A DNA stretch of 64,000 nt. It comes from Hormoscilla sp. (GTDB taxonomy: Bacteria > Cyanobacteriota > Cyanobacteriia > Cyanobacteriales > Desertifilaceae). Shown here piece after piece: positions 44,429 to 55,473 of this stretch; the first letter of the stretch is position 1; each line of letters starts with the position of its first letter. The stretch is from contig JBFRWI010000132.1 in the NCBI GenBank assembly GCA_051439505.1, positions 18,717 to 82,716 on the forward strand, given 5' to 3'. The position numbers and the translations under genes are program-made. A model generated the notes under the pieces. It was not told the origin of the DNA, did not search any database, and saw only the letters and a program-made list of their open reading frames with translations.

Positions 44429-45088
44429 TCACAGGGGTTGAAGACTGTCAGCAAGGGTAGCAACAGCGGCATCAACATTATTGCGCCCGGTTTCAGTAGC
44501 CGAAATCAACAGCATGAGTATATCCTGCTGTGGCTGACTGACGAAAATCATCCCACCCATTGGCTGAGTATTGCCCCCCATAGTTAAGCTACCAGTCCAG
44601 GGAATTAGCACCCTTCCCGACCCCAAAGCTCGAAAGCGATCGGGGATAAATCCCTCGCCGCGCCCGAAAGTATCGATCGCGATCTGTGCCAGAGTAGCAG
44701 CAGTCAAAGATCTGCTACTGCTGCGCGATCGCACCAGGACAGTATAGGCCAAATTCCCATCAGGGGATGAAAATAAAGGAGAAGTACCAACCGCACTGAC
44801 CTGATATCCTTCCAGAATACCTACTTGAAAGCGTCCGGCAGGGTCTTGATAAGTGAGTCCCAAAGATAAAGATGCCGTCGGCGTTGTCGCCAATGCTGCT
44901 GCGAGTATTTTATTGTCGCAAAGCGTTTCCCCGTGAAAGCCCGCGCAGGCGGGCTTCGTCCTTGTCGCCCCACCCTTGAGGGTGGGGGTGTGGGTGGAAA
45001 TGGTTGTCTGGTAAAACGGCGACCAGATAATCAGAACCAGGGCGGTCAGCAACATCAAACCAACTAGCCAAAAGCGATTACGTTTCAT
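44429..45088 (-). CDS. Hypothetical exported protein containing an in-frame palindromic repeat
   Basis: N-terminal hydrophobic helix; TPTLKGGATRTKPACAG is encoded by the repeat at 44938-44990, related to 39217-39270. Confidence 0.7.
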   Translation of the reverse strand: MKRNRFWLVGLMLLTALVLIIWSPFYQTTISTHTPTLKGGATRTKPACAGFHGETLCDNKILAAALATTPTASLSLGLTYQDPAGRFQVGILEGYQVSAVGTSPLFSSPDGNLAYTVLVRSRSSSRSLTAATLAQIAIDTFGRGEGFIPDRFRALGSGRVLIPWTGSLTMGGNTQPMGGMIFVSQPQQDILMLLISATETGRNNVDAAVATLADSLQPL

Positions 45089-45090
45089 AT

Positions 45091-46494
45091 TTACCTACCT
45101 AAAATAGCAGCAGAGTTACCGAAATAAAATACCCCAGCAATACAACCAGTCATCAAGGTAGCTAAGGTAGCGGCCCAGAGGGCTTTCCAGGCTACGGAAC
45201 TAATATCTTTTCGCCGTTGAGGCACCAAACTCGTCAAACCGCCCACGAATATCCCCAAGGATCCGACATGGGCAAAACCGCAGAGAACGTAGCTGACTAT
45301 TAACAAGGCCCGATCGCTCAAAGCGCCCTCTGCCGAAAGTTGATTGAGGGCGATAAACGAGGGTATTTCAGTTTGGAGAACTCGCCGTCCGATCAGCACC
45401 GAACATTGCCATATTTCAGACAGATCCAGGGAGACCCCAGTGAGGAAAGTCAAGGGAAAGAACAAAACCCCAAAGATATTATCTAAAGTTACCACCGCAA
45501 ATAATGGTCCGACTGCGGGCAGGGTAGCGAGAAAGGCAAAAAAGCTATTCAGCAGGGCTACTAAACCCAGAATAGCGATGAGGACGGCGGCGATACCCAC
45601 TGCCATTTTGACGCCGTCCGAACTCCCCATAATCAGACTATCCATATAACTGGGTTTTTCCATTTGAGAGTCTTCTTCCTCTTTGGGCACCCCATCCAAG
45701 GTTTTCGGCATCCCAGTTTCCGGTACGATAATTTTAGAGATGGCGAAGCAGGCGGGAATGGTCAGGATCGAAGCAGACATCAAATGACCGACTATACCAG
45801 GAAAGGTAGGTCGCAGCAAACCCGCATAGAGTCCCAGGATCGTGGAAGCAATGGAACCAAAGCAGCATGTTAATATGGCACAGAGTTCGCTGCGAGTCAT
45901 ATCCAATAAAAACGGCTTGACTGCGATCGCCGATTCTATGCCCACAAAAATATTAGCAGCACCCGATAGAGACTCGGCCCCGCTGAGATTCATTGCCCGG
46001 CGAAATAGCTTGGCAAATACCCGGACGATCGGTTGGATCGCATTCATCCGGTACAGCAGTGCTACTATAGCTGAAAAGAATACTACCTGGGGCAGGGCCC
46101 GAAAGGCAAAGATATATCCTAAGTTGAGGTTATCCAGACCCAGGCGATCGCCCGGTACTGCCACGTAAGGGGAAGCAATGGTCCTGGCGATCCATCTGGC
46201 CGCCGGTCCCGGTCCCGGACTCGATGCCAGATCGGGGACAAATGCAGGACCGAAGATAAATCTGGCCCCGGCCTCAGAAGCATCAATCACAGGATTGAGG
46301 ATATCGTTCAGTAGTACAATTAATTGGCGGGTTCCGGGTACCTGGAATAGCAACAGCCCGATCGCCAGTTGCAGGCCAACACCAGCAACGATCGTCTTCC
46401 AGGGGATAATGCGGCGATTCTCAGAACCCAGCCAAGCCACCAGACATAAGCTAAAAATGCCACCTATAGAAATCAAGTTTAATGTCAAGTTCAT
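45091..46494 (-). CDS. CNT/NupC-family Na+/H+:nucleoside transporter
   Basis: FAFRALPQVVFF, ESLSGAANIFVG, SYVLCGFAH; true start MNLTLN at 46494 (ORF-track extension is MITE sequence). Confidence 0.9.
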   Translation of the reverse strand: MNLTLNLISIGGIFSLCLVAWLGSENRRIIPWKTIVAGVGLQLAIGLLLFQVPGTRQLIVLLNDILNPVIDASEAGARFIFGPAFVPDLASSPGPGPAARWIARTIASPYVAVPGDRLGLDNLNLGYIFAFRALPQVVFFSAIVALLYRMNAIQPIVRVFAKLFRRAMNLSGAESLSGAANIFVGIESAIAVKPFLLDMTRSELCAILTCCFGSIASTILGLYAGLLRPTFPGIVGHLMSASILTIPACFAISKIIVPETGMPKTLDGVPKEEEDSQMEKPSYMDSLIMGSSDGVKMAVGIAAVLIAILGLVALLNSFFAFLATLPAVGPLFAVVTLDNIFGVLFFPLTFLTGVSLDLSEIWQCSVLIGRRVLQTEIPSFIALNQLSAEGALSDRALLIVSYVLCGFAHVGSLGIFVGGLTSLVPQRRKDISSVAWKALWAATLATLMTGCIAGVFYFGNSAAILGR

Positions 46495-46503
46495 ATCCCT
46501 AAG

Positions 46504-46737
46504 CAATACCTCTCTGTTAAGGATATAGGATAGGATGTCATTGCGAGGGGGGGGGTAGGACGCGATTAACTTATGCTCAATTGAGTCGCGCAGCGTTGCG
46601 AGGCACGAAGCAATCCCCCCCGAAGCAATCTCCCCGACGACCCATGAGATTGCTTCGGGGGTTCTTAAGCTATGATTCCTAAAATATCCGTTTTGGTTTC
46701 CCCCTCGCAATGACAGATTATTAACCGAGAAGTATTG
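46504..46737. mobile_element. MITE shell B (234 bp) with GTCATTGCGAG...CTCGCAATGAC cargo
   Basis: TIR CAATACCTCTCTGTTAA / TTAACCGAGAAGTATTG; 10-bp TSD TATCCCTAAG. Confidence 0.9.
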
Positions 46738-46812
46738 TATCCCTAAGCGGCAATTTCCGCCCCCAGCACCAAAATCGCAATCGAGTAAAAGCAATAGAAG
46801 AGAATAATAATT

Positions 46813-47082
46813 ATGGAAGCTTTCGATGTCAACCCGCCAGAATGGACTAAACCAGCAACTCACGCCCTGCACTTCTGCTGTCCCAAATGTGGAGCTAGTT
46901 CTCGGTCCGCCCAGCGTGTCTGGCTAAATCGGCGATCGCCTGTCTACACGGAAACCCATCGTCGCAAGTTCCAGGAATTTTACCACTGCGAGTGCGGCTA
47001 TGCTTGGTGGGCCTGGAGCGATCAACGCCCCCCTTCCGATTTATATAAAGGCGATCGCCTGGGTGAAGAAGATCTCTTCTGA
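46813..47082 (+). CDS. Small zinc-ribbon hypothetical protein
   Basis: CPKC and CEC motifs; WLNRRSPV, WWAWS. Confidence 0.75.
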   Translation: MEAFDVNPPEWTKPATHALHFCCPKCGASSRSAQRVWLNRRSPVYTETHRRKFQEFYHCECGYAWWAWSDQRPPSDLYKGDRLGEEDLF

Positions 47083-47162
47083 TGTCAATTCTCAATTCTC
47101 AATTCTCAACTCTCAATTGTCAATTGTCAATTCTCAATTCTCAATTCTCAACTAACCAATAT

Positions 47163-49397
47163 CTACCATTGGGGTGCCTGGAGGAGCAAGTTCGTAGCCC
47201 GATCGCGATCGACTGGTTTAGAGAAGAAATATCCCTGAACATAATCGCATTCCCAAGCCCATAGCCACATAAATTGTTCGTCATTTTCCACCCCTTCTGC
47301 GGTCACGTACATGCCCAAATTATTAGCCAGGCCGACGATCGCCTGGACAATGACAGCATTTTCGGGATTCTCCGTGAGATCGTAAACAAAAGACTTGTCT
47401 ATTTTTAAGGTAGTGACGGGAAAGCGTTGTAGATAGCTCAAGGAAGAATAGCCCGTACCAAAATCATCGATACACAGCTCGATATTTTGAGCCCGGAGTT
47501 CTTCCAAGAGGGCCGCAGCGCTAGGGGCATTATCCATCAGGACACTTTCAGTAATCTCCAGCTTTAAACTACCAGGTTCGAGAGCGGTTTCTTGGAGAAT
47601 TTCATCTACAATATCGATCAGACTCGGATCGGATAGCTGTTTGCCAGAAATATTCACAGCCAAGGTCAGAGGCGGGTAACTGGGAAATTGTCTTTGCCAA
47701 ATTTCCAGTTGATAGCAAGACTGGCGCAGTACCCAGGCCCCTAGAGGCACGATCAGTCCCGTTTCCTCTGCCACGGGGATAAACTCTGCTGGCGAGATGA
47801 AACCACGTTCGGGATGAGCCCAGCGCAGTAGGGCTTCAAAACCGGCAATTCTGCCCGTATCGCGGGCGACAATTGGCTGATAGTAAATCTGAAATTCTTC
47901 ACGATCCAGAGCCCGCCGCAAGTCATTTTCTAACTGTAACTGCGCTACGGCATGACTACGCATGGCCGGGTCGAATATTTGACAAGATCCCCGACCCAAA
48001 GCCTTAGCTTGATACAGGGCAATTTCAGCATCCCGGAGTAAATGTTCTGGCTCGTCGTCACCCATAGAGGAAAGTGTAATCCCAATGCTGACCGTAGCGA
48101 ATACCTCGTCAAAAGTCGTGCTACGGCTTTTTACCTCCCGGTTATGGAGATGAAAAGGATCCCCGAGCAATTTTTGAATGCCTTTAGCCCGATCGATCGC
48201 CTCCCTTGCCTCTGATATCCGGTCTAATATCATGACAAAATTGTCCCCTGCCAGTCTCGCTATGAGATCCCCCTTTCTTGTCGCTTGGGATAATCTCTTC
48301 GCTATCTGTTGTAGTAACCGATCTCCGCTTCTATGTCCCAAACTATCGTTAATTAATTTGAACCTGTCTACATTCAACCATAGCAGCGCCAATAGGCAGC
48401 CATCACCCGACACTCTCCCTCGATCGCGATCGACTGCCTGTTGCAGCTTCTCCATCAATAATGCCCGGTTGGGCAATCCTGTCAAGCGATCGTGTAAAGC
48501 ATTATGCAGTAACCTGGCCTCCTCGCGCTTATATGCAGTTACTTCAAAGCCGTACAAATATACTTGGGACATTTTGGGGAGTGGCTGATACGACCAGCTC
48601 CAAACCCGATCGCCTACTTGCCTTTCCACCATATCTATGGTATTTCCTGTCTGTAAGCAGCTTTGCACCAATGTGGAATGTTCCGCCGGTAAAAAGTCTG
48701 CCAACATATCTATAGACAGCTGTTCTTGGATGGCTGTTATCGCCTGATTAACATAGACAACCTTGCCCCGAACATCGCAGGCGACAAAGGGATAGGGGTG
48801 ATGTTCCCAGAAAGCTGCTAGCCGGGTATAATTTTGATTTAGTGATGCTTTGAGAGTAGGATCTTGTTCTAGTCGAACAACTACTTGACGAGCTAATGCC
48901 TGCAATGCCTCTGTCTGGGACAGGTTTAACTGGCGATCGACAAAGTCCATTACAGATAAAACACCAATGACTCTGCCGAAAGAATTGATTAAAGCGGTAC
49001 TAGCCGAAAATTGAATTAAGTGCTGGACTAAGCCTTCACCTTGATAGGGTAGCCCCAATACTAATTGGTCCCATTGTAGAAGATCGACTCTGGCGAGGGC
49101 ATCTCTCAGGGTTTCTGGAATCTCTGGGAAGCATTGTTGGCAGTCAGTCCCCTCATCTGTCAAGCAGATCAGAGCCAGGGGAGTGTTGCAAATATGATTA
49201 GCCAGACGGATAATGTCATTAAATACCTCTAGCCCGGACTTGTTTAACAGACTCCCGCTCTGGAATAGATCCCCTTGATGCTCGAATTGTTGCGGCATAT
49301 CCGATTCTGGGCTAAGGGTCAATGAAGCCGTAAGTGGTGATAGGATTGGCAGGGGAGAATGATGAATGTATCTCAGGTCTGCCCTTCCCATCACCAC
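47163..49397 (-). CDS. GAF/PAS-GGDEF-EAL protein, probable c-di-GMP phosphodiesterase
   Basis: HDRLTGLPNR; degenerate AGDNF; intact EAL, LEITE, DDFGTGYSS, KIDKS. Confidence 0.88.
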   Translation of the reverse strand: MVMGRADLRYIHHSPLPILSPLTASLTLSPESDMPQQFEHQGDLFQSGSLLNKSGLEVFNDIIRLANHICNTPLALICLTDEGTDCQQCFPEIPETLRDALARVDLLQWDQLVLGLPYQGEGLVQHLIQFSASTALINSFGRVIGVLSVMDFVDRQLNLSQTEALQALARQVVVRLEQDPTLKASLNQNYTRLAAFWEHHPYPFVACDVRGKVVYVNQAITAIQEQLSIDMLADFLPAEHSTLVQSCLQTGNTIDMVERQVGDRVWSWSYQPLPKMSQVYLYGFEVTAYKREEARLLHNALHDRLTGLPNRALLMEKLQQAVDRDRGRVSGDGCLLALLWLNVDRFKLINDSLGHRSGDRLLQQIAKRLSQATRKGDLIARLAGDNFVMILDRISEAREAIDRAKGIQKLLGDPFHLHNREVKSRSTTFDEVFATVSIGITLSSMGDDEPEHLLRDAEIALYQAKALGRGSCQIFDPAMRSHAVAQLQLENDLRRALDREEFQIYYQPIVARDTGRIAGFEALLRWAHPERGFISPAEFIPVAEETGLIVPLGAWVLRQSCYQLEIWQRQFPSYPPLTLAVNISGKQLSDPSLIDIVDEILQETALEPGSLKLEITESVLMDNAPSAAALLEELRAQNIELCIDDFGTGYSSLSYLQRFPVTTLKIDKSFVYDLTENPENAVIVQAIVGLANNLGMYVTAEGVENDEQFMWLWAWECDYVQGYFFSKPVDRDRATNLLLQAPQW

Positions 49398-49417
49398 TTA
49401 CCAAATAGCAAAAAAAA

Positions 49418-49759
49418 CTATTCGCCGCCAACAGCCACTTGGGGGAGACCCATGCTATAGTTCAGGACGCGGCTGTTGAGATTGTAGCTGATCTGACCGG
49501 ACGATAGGAGCGATCGCACGAAATGCTCCAAGTCAGAGCCGATGCGGCGTAAATTATATTCCGTCAGGTCTGCCCCGGCGTAGTCGGACACCAACTCCGA
49601 GAACTTGCTGTATACCTGCTGCAAGGCATTATCGTTCCAGTTCAACTCATTATCTGGATCTACATCTATGGTTAACACGTTGTCGCTGGGCCGTAGTTCG
49701 TTGTTCTCTACTTGGGCGGTAAAGATGCGGATATGACGGGTAGTAGACTTAAGCAGCAT
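49418..49759 (-). CDS. ndhM: NAD(P)H-quinone oxidoreductase subunit M
   Basis: [15 protein letters not shown]...[11 protein letters not shown]...NYSMGLP. Confidence 0.95.
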   Translation of the reverse strand: MLLKSTTRHIRIFTAQVENNELRPSDNVLTIDVDPDNELNWNDNALQQVYSKFSELVSDYAGADLTEYNLRRIGSDLEHFVRSLLSSGQISYNLNSRVLNYSMGLPQVAVGGE

Positions 49760-49837
49760 TGATTCATCTCATAGTGAACTGACTTTTATTGTAAACGCTC
49801 TTGATGGGATCTGTGTGTTTTTACAGATCCTCTGCTG

Positions 49838-50383
49838 CTACTGGCTGCTAATCATGCCAGTTTTGCGAGCATAGGCGAAGATCCCTCCCGCATCTATCAC
49901 CGGTCCCACTTCTCCCAGGGGCTGGAGTTGGTAACTTTTACCTAGGGTATGGTTGAGAAGCTGATGCAGATCGAAGTCAATGGTAACTTCCTGACCGGTT
50001 GTGAATAGGTCGCAGAGGCGTTCTTTACATTCCCAAGGATAAAGTTCCCCCGTGGCCGAACAGTTGCGGAAAAAGATCCGGGCGTAAGACTGGGCCACTA
50101 CGGCCTCTACGCCGGACGCACCCAAGGCGATGGGGGCATGTTCTCGGGAAGAACCGCAGCCGAAATTTTCTCCACCGATAATGATGGGATAGGGTGTTTT
50201 CATCTGGTTGGGGAGGATAAATTTGCCGTAGCGGTCTGGCAACCCACTCAGGGCGTAGCTTCCTAGTTTTTCGTACTCCTCTGGTTTGGATGGAACCAAC
50301 GTTAGATATTCTGCTGGAATGATTTGATCGGTATCAATGTTGTCATCGACCACAAAGATCTGTCCCCGAATTACTTTGCCCAT
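49838..50383 (-). CDS. leuD: 3-isopropylmalate dehydratase small subunit
   Basis: DNIDTDQIIPA, NFGCGSSREHAP, ARIFFRN. Confidence 0.92.
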   Translation of the reverse strand: MGKVIRGQIFVVDDNIDTDQIIPAEYLTLVPSKPEEYEKLGSYALSGLPDRYGKFILPNQMKTPYPIIIGGENFGCGSSREHAPIALGASGVEAVVAQSYARIFFRNCSATGELYPWECKERLCDLFTTGQEVTIDFDLHQLLNHTLGKSYQLQPLGEVGPVIDAGGIFAYARKTGMISSQ

Positions 50384-50423
50384 GATGTCTATTTACTATT
50401 GTGTGTTTTCACTGTACCATTCC

Positions 50424-51332
50424 TTACTGTTGTAGGGTGGCAGCGACTAAATTGTCTAGTTCTAATTGCATCTGGGTACGGACTCGTTCATAGCAGGCAT
50501 CCACGTACTCCCGATCGATCGCCGCCTTTCTACCATAGCGCTCAAAGACGATCGGGGCACAGACGCGAGTGTGAATCTGTACTGGCGGTGGGATATTGGG
50601 TAGGGGGCCAATTGCTAAACCCCAAGGCAACCCCAAGAACACGGGAAATACGCCGATGTCGGGACCAAATATCCAGGGCAGGCCCCATGCTGCGTGCAGT
50701 TGCTTTACCTGGGGGTAGATATCGCCGAGCACGATCATGGTATCGTGGGCGCCAACGCAGATCAGCGGTACGATCGGGGCATTTTCCCGCAATGCTAGCT
50801 TAATAAAACCTTTACGTCCGGCGAAGTTAATTTTATGTCGATCGCTGTGGGGGCGGAACATATCCTCTGCCCCTCCCGGATAGACCAGCACCGCTGCCTC
50901 CCGGCGCAGGGCCGCGATCGCCATTTGGGGATGGGCCACAAGCGCCCCTGCCTGTACTACTAGCTGGGCCAGGTCGGGAAAAGTCCAAGCCGCCGGATGC
51001 ATCAGTCCATAGCTTAAGCGATCGTAACCTTCTCTGCGGAACCAGTCATACATAAACATGGAGGTATCCGGCGATGCAAAGCCCCCATTATGGGAACCCA
51101 CGAACAAGATCTTGCCTTGTTTGGGCACGTGATGCCATCCCGATGTTGTCACCCGAAAGTAGTTGTGGTACAGCCATTCGGCCACTGGCATCCAGGACGA
51201 CTTGATGAATTCTGGGTCTCGATCGTCTAAGGACCAACCATCAAGCCGTTTGCGAGAGGTGGGGCGATCGGCGCCGCCCCCGTCAGTCAAAGCCTTCAAA
51301 TGATTAAACAATGTTTTTACTGCCCCTAACAT
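50424..51332 (-). CDS. Lysophospholipid/DGAT2-like acyltransferase family protein
   Basis: VGSHNGG..SPD, VYPGGAED, RKGFIKLAL, PIVP. Confidence 0.85.
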   Translation of the reverse strand: MLGAVKTLFNHLKALTDGGGADRPTSRKRLDGWSLDDRDPEFIKSSWMPVAEWLYHNYFRVTTSGWHHVPKQGKILFVGSHNGGFASPDTSMFMYDWFRREGYDRLSYGLMHPAAWTFPDLAQLVVQAGALVAHPQMAIAALRREAAVLVYPGGAEDMFRPHSDRHKINFAGRKGFIKLALRENAPIVPLICVGAHDTMIVLGDIYPQVKQLHAAWGLPWIFGPDIGVFPVFLGLPWGLAIGPLPNIPPPVQIHTRVCAPIVFERYGRKAAIDREYVDACYERVRTQMQLELDNLVAATLQQ

Positions 51333-51453
51333 CTTTTTTAGGATAATCGGTTAAATCGATAATGCCAACCCTGCTTTCGGTGGGCCGTACACTACACTAA
51401 CCACTAACAACTGATTGAGATGGGTTCGCTGTCCTGATACCCTTTGATAGTCT

Positions 51454-53340
51454 CTATTGAGCTTCTGGATGAAAGTAGTTGTAGATTGACTGGGCTAAAC
51501 GGGGCCCAATGCCGTCCACTTCCGCTAGCTGTTGGGGCGTGGCCGCCCGGATGTAGTCAATTGACCGAAAATGTCCCAGCAGTTGCTTTTGCCGTTCAAA
51601 CCCTAATCCGGGAATTGCATCTAAGTGCGATCGCTTCATTTTCTCACTCCGCTGCTGTCTGTGAAAGCTGACAGCAAACCGATGGGCTTCATCTCGCAGT
51701 CGCCTTAACAATTGTACTCCCGGTTGTTCTGGATCTGTCTCTAATGGTAGAGATTCTCCCGGCAGGAATATTTCTTCTCGCTGCTTAGCTAAACTAATGA
51801 CCCGCAGTTCTCCCATTAAGTCTATTTCTTGTAATACCGAGACTACAGAAGAGAGTTGCCCTTTTCCACCATCGATCGTCACTAAATCGGGAAAGTCTCT
51901 ATTGCCATGGCGCTGCAATTGCGGGTTCTCGACAAACTTGCGAAAGCGACGTCTGATGACTTCAGCGAGACTGGCAAAGTCGTCGGAATGACCTGGTTTG
52001 ACTTCGGGATTTTTGATCTTATAATGACGATAATACTGCTTGGCGGGCAATCCGTCAATAAACACGACTTGAGAGGCGACGGCGTTCGCCCCTTGGATGT
52101 GGGAGATGTCGTAACATTCTAGCCGATCGGGCAATTCCGGCAAGTCGAGGATGTTAGCTAAGTCTTGCAATGCTTGCCGATTTTTTTCTCCTGCCTTGAC
52201 CGTCCCTTCCAGTTCGTATTGGGCATTGCGGGCGACCATTTCTATCAAGTCAGCTTTGCTTTGCCGCTGGGGGGCGATGATACTGACTTTGCGACCTTTT
52301 CTGGCGCTCAAATAGTCTGCTAACATCTCGGCATCGGGTAATTCTTGCTGCACCAATATTTCGGCAGGAATTTCCACGGCATCTGCATTTTGATAATGTT
52401 CTTCTAATACCCGTTGTAAAATTTCCCCAGCCGTGCCAGACTGAGGATCCCCATTGAATCCTAACCTGCCTACCAGTCTGCCCCCACGCATTGGGAATAG
52501 CTGAATGCAGCAATGCTTGTCATTAGCCGCTAGGGCGATCGCATCCCTAGAGATAGTATTATCTGGTAAAGACACCTTCTGGTCGGCGTTCAGGGATTGA
52601 ATCGCGGCAATTTGGTCCCGCAGTTTCGCAGCGGTTTCAAAGTTTAACTCTGCTGCCGCTTGCTGCATCTGTGCGGTCAGCATATCTACCAGTTGGACCG
52701 TTCTGCCCTGAAACACCATGGCTATTTTTTCCATAGTTTGGCGATATTCTTTCGGAGAAATTAGCTGCTGGCAGACTCCCGGACATTTGCCTATATCGTA
52801 ATTCAAGCAAGTGCGATCCTTGAACAGGGGTTGGGGGCGCTGGCGCTGAGGAAATATTTTCTTGAGAGTATCTAAGGTGTTCCGCAATAGTTTTACGTCC
52901 ACAAATGGTCCGTAATATTTATCTTTGCGGTTCCCCATGCGTCGCTTTCGGGTAATAAAGATGCGGGGATAATCTTCCGACCAAGTAATGCAGATGTAAG
53001 GATATTTCTTGTCATCCTTGAGCAATACATTAAAATGCGGTTGGTGCTGCTTTATCAGATTTGCTTCTAATGCTAATGCTTCCGCTTCCGTGTCCGTAAC
53101 GATAAATTCAATGTTACTCACTTGGCGCACCATCAACTGGATGCGATGGCTATGTTTTTGTCCGTCCCGGAAGTAGGAACGGACCCGCGATCGCAGTTTC
53201 TTGGACTTGCCGATGTATAATAGGCGATCGCCTGTATCCTTCATCAGATATACACCCGGTTCTTGGGGAATTTCCTGGAGGCGCGAGACCAGGCGATCGG
53301 GGTCTTGGACGAGAGGTAATGCCGAGGTTGTCACAGTCAC
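51454..53340 (-). CDS. uvrC: Excinuclease ABC subunit C
   Basis: GVY-YIG N-domain, [22 protein letters not shown], HhH. Confidence 0.96.
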   Translation of the reverse strand: MTVTTSALPLVQDPDRLVSRLQEIPQEPGVYLMKDTGDRLLYIGKSKKLRSRVRSYFRDGQKHSHRIQLMVRQVSNIEFIVTDTEAEALALEANLIKQHQPHFNVLLKDDKKYPYICITWSEDYPRIFITRKRRMGNRKDKYYGPFVDVKLLRNTLDTLKKIFPQRQRPQPLFKDRTCLNYDIGKCPGVCQQLISPKEYRQTMEKIAMVFQGRTVQLVDMLTAQMQQAAAELNFETAAKLRDQIAAIQSLNADQKVSLPDNTISRDAIALAANDKHCCIQLFPMRGGRLVGRLGFNGDPQSGTAGEILQRVLEEHYQNADAVEIPAEILVQQELPDAEMLADYLSARKGRKVSIIAPQRQSKADLIEMVARNAQYELEGTVKAGEKNRQALQDLANILDLPELPDRLECYDISHIQGANAVASQVVFIDGLPAKQYYRHYKIKNPEVKPGHSDDFASLAEVIRRRFRKFVENPQLQRHGNRDFPDLVTIDGGKGQLSSVVSVLQEIDLMGELRVISLAKQREEIFLPGESLPLETDPEQPGVQLLRRLRDEAHRFAVSFHRQQRSEKMKRSHLDAIPGLGFERQKQLLGHFRSIDYIRAATPQQLAEVDGIGPRLAQSIYNYFHPEAQ

Positions 53341-53522
53341 TGCTTAAGATCAAATAATTCGCTCTATTCTAGCAATAATCATCCATGTAACCATCGGAGA
53401 TCGCCCTCGGCCTCAGCATCCATCGCCTGCCGATGATATTTGCATCTATCTATAGAGATATTTAGAGTCAAAATAAAATATTCCTGGGGGTTGATAGTAG
53501 ATGCTGCCCCCGTTATGATAAA

Positions 53523-54812
53523 ATGACTTTCATGGCAAGCTTAAATACAAACACTTCTATCCAATTACTCCAGCACCAAGCAGCCTCTCTGTTGCTCTAT
53601 CAACAGGTACTCACTGGCGCTGAAGGGCAGGCTTTTCTAGAACTATTACATGCCTTATCGACACCCGACGCCCAAGGCATTAATTGCCTGCAAGCTTATG
53701 GGACATGGTTGAGAAATCTGGCGGCCACAGGGAAAAGCTGGCAAGATTACATCGTGACACGAGTCCTCAGAGATGATAACCCTTTTACTCAGCAAGTCCA
53801 AAAGATAGCTTTAGCTGCTTTACCACCAGCTTTGCTTGCAGCAGCGAAACAGGATATGCTTTGCTTGCAGAGTCTCTATCAATGCAGCGGTACCCAGTTG
53901 AGTCTCTGGGTGCAAGAGGTATCTGGGTTGCCTCACCCCCCGGTAGCTTGGGATCTGGAAACTTCCCCTCCCGCCCCTTTTTTACAAGTAGGGGAAAATT
54001 GGTCGGATGCGATCGCCGAATTGGCGGCCTATTATCGGGAACATGGCTGCGGGATCTTTGCTGAATATCGGGCCTTGCGCTGGCAGGAGGGGCAGTTGCT
54101 AGGCATTCCCCACCCGGACAGGGTGCAGTTGTCAGAATTGGTAAGCTATGAAGACCAGAAAGCTGCTTTGCTGAAGAATACAGAGTTCTTATTGGCAGGT
54201 TATCCGGCATTGCATGTTTTACTCTATGGTTCTCGTGGCAGCGGCAAGTCTTCTTTGGTTAAGGCTTTGTTAAATAAATATGAAAAGCTGCGTCTGATTG
54301 AAGTAGCAAAATATAATCTGAAAAACTTACCTGCCATTATCGAACAATTGCGCGATCGCCCCCAGAAGTTTATCATTTTTGTTGACGATCTCTCTTTTGA
54401 GGAAGATGACGATGCTTTCAAAGCCCTCAAGGTGGTTTTGGAGGGAAATTTAACTGCCCGATCGCCCAATGTGGTGGTTTATGCTACTTCTAACCGCAGG
54501 CATTTGGTCCGGGAGTTTTTGGCCGATCGCCCCGGTCCCAGTGAGGGTGAAGAAGTCCATACTTGGGATACCATGCAGGAAAAGCTTTCTTTTAGCGATC
54601 GCTTTGGCTTAACCCTCACGTTTTCACCCCCTAACCAGGACAGTTACTTAGAAATTGTCCGCCATCTAGCCTCCCAAGCATGCATTTCCCTGGCCAGGGA
54701 AGATTTAGAATATCGCGCCCGACAATGGGCTACCCGCCATAACGGGCGATCGGGGCGATCGGCCCGACAGTTTGTTGACTTTCTCCAAGCAGAGTTGATG
54801 ATTAATGGCTAA
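53523..54812 (+). CDS. DUF815-family AAA ATPase
   Basis: GSRGSGKSS, IIFVDDLSF, YATSNRRHL, SGRSARQF. Confidence 0.88.
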   Translation: MTFMASLNTNTSIQLLQHQAASLLLYQQVLTGAEGQAFLELLHALSTPDAQGINCLQAYGTWLRNLAATGKSWQDYIVTRVLRDDNPFTQQVQKIALAALPPALLAAAKQDMLCLQSLYQCSGTQLSLWVQEVSGLPHPPVAWDLETSPPAPFLQVGENWSDAIAELAAYYREHGCGIFAEYRALRWQEGQLLGIPHPDRVQLSELVSYEDQKAALLKNTEFLLAGYPALHVLLYGSRGSGKSSLVKALLNKYEKLRLIEVAKYNLKNLPAIIEQLRDRPQKFIIFVDDLSFEEDDDAFKALKVVLEGNLTARSPNVVVYATSNRRHLVREFLADRPGPSEGEEVHTWDTMQEKLSFSDRFGLTLTFSPPNQDSYLEIVRHLASQACISLAREDLEYRARQWATRHNGRSGRSARQFVDFLQAELMING

Positions 54813-54899
54813 TGGCTAATGGCTAATGGCTAATGGAGATGAAGAAATAATCAACAATTTTACCTTCACAATTCACAATTGACAATTTGAGATTCACAG

Positions 54900-55301
54900 A
54901 TGCCTTTTACATATAGCCGAACTGTTAGATTTGCAGATACTGATGCTGCTGGCGTTGTTTACTTTGCCAATGTTTTGAGTATGTGTCACGAAGCCTACGA
55001 AGCAGCATTGGCCGCTGCCAGCATTGACCTCAAGTCCTTTTTCTCTAACCCAGCTATTGCTTTTCCCATCGTGTACGCCAGTGTTGACTTGCGCCGTCCC
55101 ATTTCCTGCGGCGATCGCCTGGAGATCCGGGTCAGCTACCGGCAGCGGAGTGAAGATAGTTTTGAACTGGGCTACGAAGTGCGATTGGCCGATCGCTTTG
55201 CCGCCATCGGCCTTACCAAGCATGTCTGCATCGATGCAGCTAGCAGAACCCGCCAACCCTTGCCTGCTCATATGGAACAATTTCTGCAAACTTTATCTTG
55301 A
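54900..55301 (+). CDS. Hotdog-fold thioesterase, probable DHNA-CoA hydrolase
   Basis: RFADTDAAGVVYFAN; adjacent to the men cluster. Confidence 0.85.
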   Translation: MPFTYSRTVRFADTDAAGVVYFANVLSMCHEAYEAALAAASIDLKSFFSNPAIAFPIVYASVDLRRPISCGDRLEIRVSYRQRSEDSFELGYEVRLADRFAAIGLTKHVCIDAASRTRQPLPAHMEQFLQTLS

Positions 55302-55397
55302 TTATGTATCCTAGACTACAGATTAAGATTGTTTTAATATTTTAATATTTTAATATAAATTTAAGATTTGGCGATCGGGACAGTATCCGTCCTCACC

Positions 55398-55444
55398 CAA
55401 TACCTCAAGGTTTTGACAAATAAGATGTTAACCGAGAAGTATTG
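55398..55444. mobile_element. Empty 47-bp MITE shell B
   Basis: CAATACCTCAAGGTT...TTAACCGAGAAGTATTG with perfect 10-bp TSD CGTCCTCACC and no cargo. Confidence 0.85.
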
Positions 55445-55473
55445 CGTCCTCACCTATATAACAGGAAGAGAAA

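Noticed and set aside
46495..46872. Long N-terminal extension of the nucleoside transporter; also ORF 62045-62395
   Set aside because: Largely read through shell B sequence; near-identical peptide appears at both MITE copies
47163..49397. Active diguanylate cyclase
   Set aside because: The signature reads AGDNF rather than GG(D/E)EF, while the EAL motifs are intact
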